A program made the position numbers and the translations under genes. From NCBI GenBank assembly GCA_937863835.1, contig CALMHT010000180.1:5395-69394 (forward strand): 64,000 nucleotides of DNA, given 5' to 3'. This stretch comes from an uncultured Prevotella sp. (GTDB lineage: Bacteria; Bacteroidota; Bacteroidia; Bacteroidales; Bacteroidaceae). Each line of letters begins with the position of its first letter. Position 1 is the first letter of the stretch. Positions 59,750 through 64,000 of this stretch are shown piece by piece. The notes below the pieces were generated by a model, which worked only from the letters and a program-made list of their open reading frames with translations, ran no database searches and was not told the origin of the DNA.

Positions 59750-61390
59750 ATGGAAAAAAGCGCATTGCAAAAGGCAAGATCTGCTTATCAGCCAAAGTTG
59801 CCTAAGGCTCTTCAAGGTGCAGTAAAGGTAAAAGAAGGTGCTCCTACACAAAGTGTGGACAACCAAGATGAAATCAAAAAATTATTCCCGAATACTTATG
59901 GGATGCCGTTGGTGGAATTTGTTCCGGGTAACGAAGCTAATCAGAAAGCTATGAACGTAGGTGTGATCCTCAGTGGTGGTCAGGCTCCTGGCGGTCATAA
60001 TGTGATCAGTGGACTGTTTGATGAAATTAAAAAACTAAATTCTAAAAACAGACTGTTCGGATTCCTGATGGGACCTGGTGGTCTTGTTGATCATAAATAT
60101 ATTGAAATAACAGAGGATTTTCTGTCTGATTACCGTAATACCGGCGGATTCGATATTATCGGTTCAGGTCGTACCAAACTGGAAAAGGAAGATCAATTTG
60201 AAAAGGGATTGAAGATTATTCGTGAATTGGATATCAAAGCTATTGTTATAATAGGTGGTGATGACTCTAACACGAATGCCTGCGTATTGGCAGAATATTA
60301 TGCTGCAAAGAAATATGGTGTACAGGTAATCGGTTGTCCTAAGACTATCGACGGTGACCTCAAAAATGATCAGATCGAGACTTCTTTCGGTTTTGATACA
60401 GCAACCAAAACATATTCAGAACTCATCGGTAATATCGAGCGCGACTGCAACTCAGCCCGTAAATATTGGCATTTTATTAAGGTGATGGGCCGTTCAGCAA
60501 GTCATATTGCTCTTGAGTGCGCATTGCAGTGTCAGCCAAACATCTGTCTCGTTTCAGAAGAGGTTGAAGCCAAGGATATGACCCTTAATCAAATTGTTGA
60601 GCAGGTTTGCAGTGCTATCGCATATCGTGCCAGCAAAGGATGGAATTTCGGTACAGTCATCATACCAGAGGGACTGATCGAGTTCGTACCTGCTATCGGA
60701 CGACTGATACAGGAACTGAATGACTTGCTCGCTGCCCATGGTAAGGATTACAAAGACCTAGACAAAGATGCTCAGCGCGAATATATCATCGCTCACTTGA
60801 GCGCTGCCAATAAGGAAACATTCGAGACATTGCCAGAGGGTGTCGCACGTCAATTGTCATTAGACCGTGACCCTCACGGAAACGTACAGGTTTCACTGAT
60901 TGAAACAGAAAAACTTATCTCTGATATGTGTGAAGCTAAACTTGCAGATTGGGCTAAAGAAGGTAAGTATGTAGGTAAATTTGCCGCTCAACATCATTTC
61001 TTCGGCTACGAAGGACGTTGCGCTGCTCCATCCAACTTTGATGCTGACTATTGTTATGCATTGGGAACAAGTGCTGCACAACTGATCGCTAATGACAAAA
61101 CAGGTTATATGGCTATTGTTAAGAATACGACAGCGCCAGCTGACCAATGGATTGCCGGAGGTGTGCCAATCACTATGATGATGAACATGGAGAAACGTAA
61201 TGGTGAAATGAAGCCTGTAATACGTAAAGCGCTTGTGGAACTTGATGGTAAACCATTCAAGGCCTTTGCCGCAAAACGTGACGAATGGGCTAAAAACACC
61301 TGCTTTGTTTATCCTGGTCCAATTCAGTATTGGGGTCCGACAGAAGTCTGCGACCAACCGACCAGGACTCTTGCTATTGAGCAGAAATAA
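59750..61390 (+). CDS. pfp: Pyrophosphate-dependent phosphofructokinase (long clade)
   Basis: SGGQAPGGHN, GGDDS (Asp specifying PPi), PKTIDGD, MGRSASH and GYEGR; -7 element TAAATTTG at about 59688. Confidence 0.96.
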   Translation: MEKSALQKARSAYQPKLPKALQGAVKVKEGAPTQSVDNQDEIKKLFPNTYGMPLVEFVPGNEANQKAMNVGVILSGGQAPGGHNVISGLFDEIKKLNSKNRLFGFLMGPGGLVDHKYIEITEDFLSDYRNTGGFDIIGSGRTKLEKEDQFEKGLKIIRELDIKAIVIIGGDDSNTNACVLAEYYAAKKYGVQVIGCPKTIDGDLKNDQIETSFGFDTATKTYSELIGNIERDCNSARKYWHFIKVMGRSASHIALECALQCQPNICLVSEEVEAKDMTLNQIVEQVCSAIAYRASKGWNFGTVIIPEGLIEFVPAIGRLIQELNDLLAAHGKDYKDLDKDAQREYIIAHLSAANKETFETLPEGVARQLSLDRDPHGNVQVSLIETEKLISDMCEAKLADWAKEGKYVGKFAAQHHFFGYEGRCAAPSNFDADYCYALGTSAAQLIANDKTGYMAIVKNTTAPADQWIAGGVPITMMMNMEKRNGEMKPVIRKALVELDGKPFKAFAAKRDEWAKNTCFVYPGPIQYWGPTEVCDQPTRTLAIEQK

Positions 61391-61396
61391 TTAATG

Positions 61397-61428
61397 ATGA
61401 GGGTATGCCATATTTGACATGCCCTCAT
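61397..61428 (+). terminator. Hairpin after pfp
   Basis: ATGAGGGTATGCCA-TATT-TGACATGCCCTCAT imperfect stem right after the stop codon. Confidence 0.6.
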
Positions 61429-61442
61429 TAATAATAAATCTA

Positions 61443-62348
61443 ATGACCGGAACTACCAAACGAACAAATACTAAACGCCGTTCTACTACGTATCATCGCA
61501 GTGGGTACAGATCTCCTGTTCGTCATAAACGTCCCGGATTTATTCTTCGACTGTTGCAGCATCTTCCTACATGGACATGGTGGTTGGGAGGAGGACTGAT
61601 TGTTTTAGGTTACATTTGGGCTTTCTATTTCTTTTTTGTCGGACCTACAGGATTTCGTTGGCGGGCCTTATATGGCGATGTGGATTATCCTGAAGGATAT
61701 GAAATCCATGGTATAGATATCAGTCATTATCAGGGCACAATCGATTGGGAGAAACTGAAAGATGCCATGATTGATAGATGTCCGATACGGTTTGTCGTCA
61801 TAAAAGCTACAGAAGGAACCAGTTCTCTGGATGATAATTTCAATGATAATTTCTATCAAGCTAAAGAGTACGGTTTTATACGCGGAGCATACCATTTCTG
61901 GAGTACCAAATCATCCGCACGTAATCAGGCAGCTTATTTTCTCAAACAAGTTCATCTGGAAGAAGGTGATTTACCTCCTGTATTGGATATTGAACATAAA
62001 TCTAAGACACAAACCAATGAAGAATTTAAGGAGAGTGTCCTTACATGGCTGCATATTGTTGAGGATAAGTACCATGTAAAACCAATCATATATACATATT
62101 ATAAGTTTAAGACCACTTATCTGAACGATGCTGTCTTTGATCAGTATCCATATTGGATAGCGCACTATTATGTTCAGAAGGTCGAGTATAATGGAGAATG
62201 GAAATTCTGGCAGCATACCGATTGCGGTAAACTGCCTGGTATTAGGGGATATGTCGATTTTAATATATATAATGGGTCATATTATGATTTACGCAAACTT
62301 ACGATAGGCAGTCATGAGCAGATAGGTGAAGATGCCTATAAAAATTAA
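61443..62348 (+). CDS. GH25 lysozyme/muramidase with basic N-terminus and TM anchor
   Basis: GIDISHYQG, KATEG, GAYHF, PPVLDIE (DxE), WQHT and VD.N; Arg/Lys-rich N-terminus followed by a hydrophobic helix. Confidence 0.92.
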   Translation: MTGTTKRTNTKRRSTTYHRSGYRSPVRHKRPGFILRLLQHLPTWTWWLGGGLIVLGYIWAFYFFFVGPTGFRWRALYGDVDYPEGYEIHGIDISHYQGTIDWEKLKDAMIDRCPIRFVVIKATEGTSSLDDNFNDNFYQAKEYGFIRGAYHFWSTKSSARNQAAYFLKQVHLEEGDLPPVLDIEHKSKTQTNEEFKESVLTWLHIVEDKYHVKPIIYTYYKFKTTYLNDAVFDQYPYWIAHYYVQKVEYNGEWKFWQHTDCGKLPGIRGYVDFNIYNGSYYDLRKLTIGSHEQIGEDAYKN

Positions 62349-62369
62349 AACTATTATATTGATATACTT

Positions 62370-64000
62370 ATGAGAAAACAAACTAAAAAACAAACAATTT
62401 TGTCTGCGTTATTCTTTTGTGCTCTTACCATAAATGCACAATTGCCCTATCAGAACATTCATTTGTCACCAGAGGAAAGGGCAACTGATTTATGCGGCAG
62501 ACTGACGTTGGATGAAAAAGCCACGTTGATGTGCAATGCATCTCCGTCGATAGCACGCCTGGGAATACCTTCTTTTGAATGGTGGAGCGAGGGACTGCAT
62601 GGAGTTGGCAGAAACGGTTACGCCACGGTCTTTCCTGCAACGATTGGAATGGCCGCATCTTTTGACGATGATTTGCTGTATAGAATTTATGAAGCCGTAA
62701 GCGACGAAGCGAGAGTAAAGAATACTTTAGCCAGAAAAACAGGCGTATTGAGACGTTATCAGGGATTGTCTTTCTGGACTCCGAATATTAATATTTTCCG
62801 TGACCCGAGATGGGGCAGAGGTCAAGAGACTTATGGTGAAGATCCATATCTCACTACTCGTATGGGACTAGCCGTTGTTAGAGGTCTGCAGGGTCCCGAG
62901 GGTCACAGATATACTAAATTATTGGCTTGCGCCAAACATTTTGCCGTACATAGTGGACCGGAATGGAACAGGCATTCTTTTAATATAGAGAATTTGCCTG
63001 AAAGGGATTTATGGGAAACTTATCTTCCCGCGTTCAAATCATTGGTGGAAGACGGTCATGTGAAAGAGGTGATGTGCGCATATCAACGTATTGACGGCGA
63101 GCCTTGTTGTGGCAACAACAGGTATCTTCAACAGATTCTCCGTAACGAGTGGCATTTTAAAGGTCTTGTGACAAGTGACTGCGGTGCTGTAAGTGATTTT
63201 TGGGAAAAAGGTCGCCATGGAGTATCCGCCAATGCTGTATCGGCATCTGTCAAAGCTGTAAGAAGTGGTACGGATACCGAATGTGGAGGGAATTATCTCA
63301 AATTGCCTGAAGCAGTGAAGAACGGTGATATATCCGAGAAAGAAATAGACGTGAGTCTGAAAAGGTTGTTAAAGGCCCGTTTTGAACTAGGTGATTTTGA
63401 TCCTGATTCACTCAACGAGTGGACTAAGATTCCGGAGTCGGTCATAGCAAGTAAAGAACACAAACAACTGGCTTTGCAGATGGCACGTGAAGAGATGGTG
63501 TTATTACAAAACAGGAATAATATCCTGCCTTTGAATAAAAATATGAAAATCGTCGTGATGGGTGCCAATGCCACAGATTCTACAATGATGTGGGGCAATT
63601 ATAGCGGTTACCCGACGGAGACGGTTACGATTCTGGATGGCATAAAGAATAAGACGGTGAATGTGAAATATATCGACGGCTGCGGTCTTACTCGGAATGA
63701 GGGCGAAACGAGTCTTTATAATGAAGTGGAAACGGCGAATGGACAGCGTGGACTTACAGCTGAATATTTCAACAACACATATTTGGATGGTGCTCCGGTA
63801 GCACAAATGCAATTCAGAGAACCTGTTCATCAGGACAATGGCGGTGCCACTGTATTTGCACCAGGCGTGACCCTGAATAATTTCTCTGCCAGATACACTG
63901 GTGTCTTTGTTCCTCAAAAAACAGAATCTGTCACATTCCGCGTTTCCGGTGACGATGGTTATCGTCTGATTGTTAACGGTGATACCTTGGCCAATCTGTG
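62370..64000 (+). CDS. GH3 beta-xylosidase/beta-glucosidase with PA14 insertion (5' part; runs off the window end)
   Basis: Manual translation MRKQTKKQTILSALFFCALTINAQLPYQN...LTLDEK...WWSEGLHG...TVFPATIG...WTPNINIFRDPRWGRGQETYGEDP...KHFAVHSG...VMCAY...TSDCGA (nucleophile Asp), then GLTAEYFNN PA14-like segment. Confidence 0.94.
   Translation, partial: MRKQTKKQTILSALFFCALTINAQLPYQNIHLSPEERATDLCGRLTLDEKATLMCNASPSIARLGIPSFEWWSEGLHGVGRNGYATVFPATIGMAASFDDDLLYRIYEAVSDEARVKNTLARKTGVLRRYQGLSFWTPNINIFRDPRWGRGQETYGEDPYLTTRMGLAVVRGLQGPEGHRYTKLLACAKHFAVHSGPEWNRHSFNIENLPERDLWETYLPAFKSLVEDGHVKEVMCAYQRIDGEPCCGNNRYLQQILRNEWHFKGLVTSDCGAVSDFWEKGRHGVSANAVSASVKAVRSGTDTECGGNYLKLPEAVKNGDISEKEIDVSLKRLLKARFELGDFDPDSLNEWTKIPESVIASKEHKQLALQMAREEMVLLQNRNNILPLNKNMKIVVMGANATDSTMMWGNYSGYPTETVTILDGIKNKTVNVKYIDGCGLTRNEGETSLYNEVETANGQRGLTAEYFNNTYLDGAPVAQMQFREPVHQDNGGATVFAPGVTLNNFSARYTGVFVPQKTESVTFRVSGDDGYRLIVNGDTLANL

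Overview
This is a chromosomal segment of a Bacteroidales bacterium, most likely Prevotellaceae. The assignment rests on the TAnnTTTG -7 promoter elements ahead of most operons, a T9SS C-terminal sorting domain, and the Prevotella-like GyrA QRDR HPHGDSSVYGAL. From left to right the window holds: a partial OmpR-family response regulator; a HAD hydrolase; a T9SS-secreted GH44; a lipoprotein metallophosphoesterase; a complete L-arabinose operon (araM-araP-araR-araD-araA-araB-GH51-tkt-rpiB, with two AraR-like operators); galM-transporter-galK; folC; grpE-dnaJ; an ABC-F ATPase; RluA; menA; an HD protein; DUF4492-cydAB; a phosphoesterase-porin operon; uvrB; bamD-rpoZ; clpC; gyrA with two TPR paralogs; a GH43; and, after an accessory block, a phytase-like gene, a PP2C-like gene, YgiQ, a split amidase, plsC, pfp, GH25 and a partial GH3. 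I saw no tRNA/rRNA, CRISPR array or transposase. The best candidate for an undescribed system is the accessory block at about 48.8-52 kb. It contains a QueD/T-fold paralog that lacks the catalytic Cys and carries a C-terminal 4-Cys metal ribbon. An OxyR-like operator sits in its promoter, and oxyR lies divergently 1.3 kb away with one orphan winged-helix-like gene in between. Next to it are a promoter-driven 25-codon ORF and a 22-bp palindromic array. Sigma54-type -24/-12 motifs upstream of both grpE-dnaJ and clpC are also notable. All family assignments come from recognising motifs by eye; no database searches were run.
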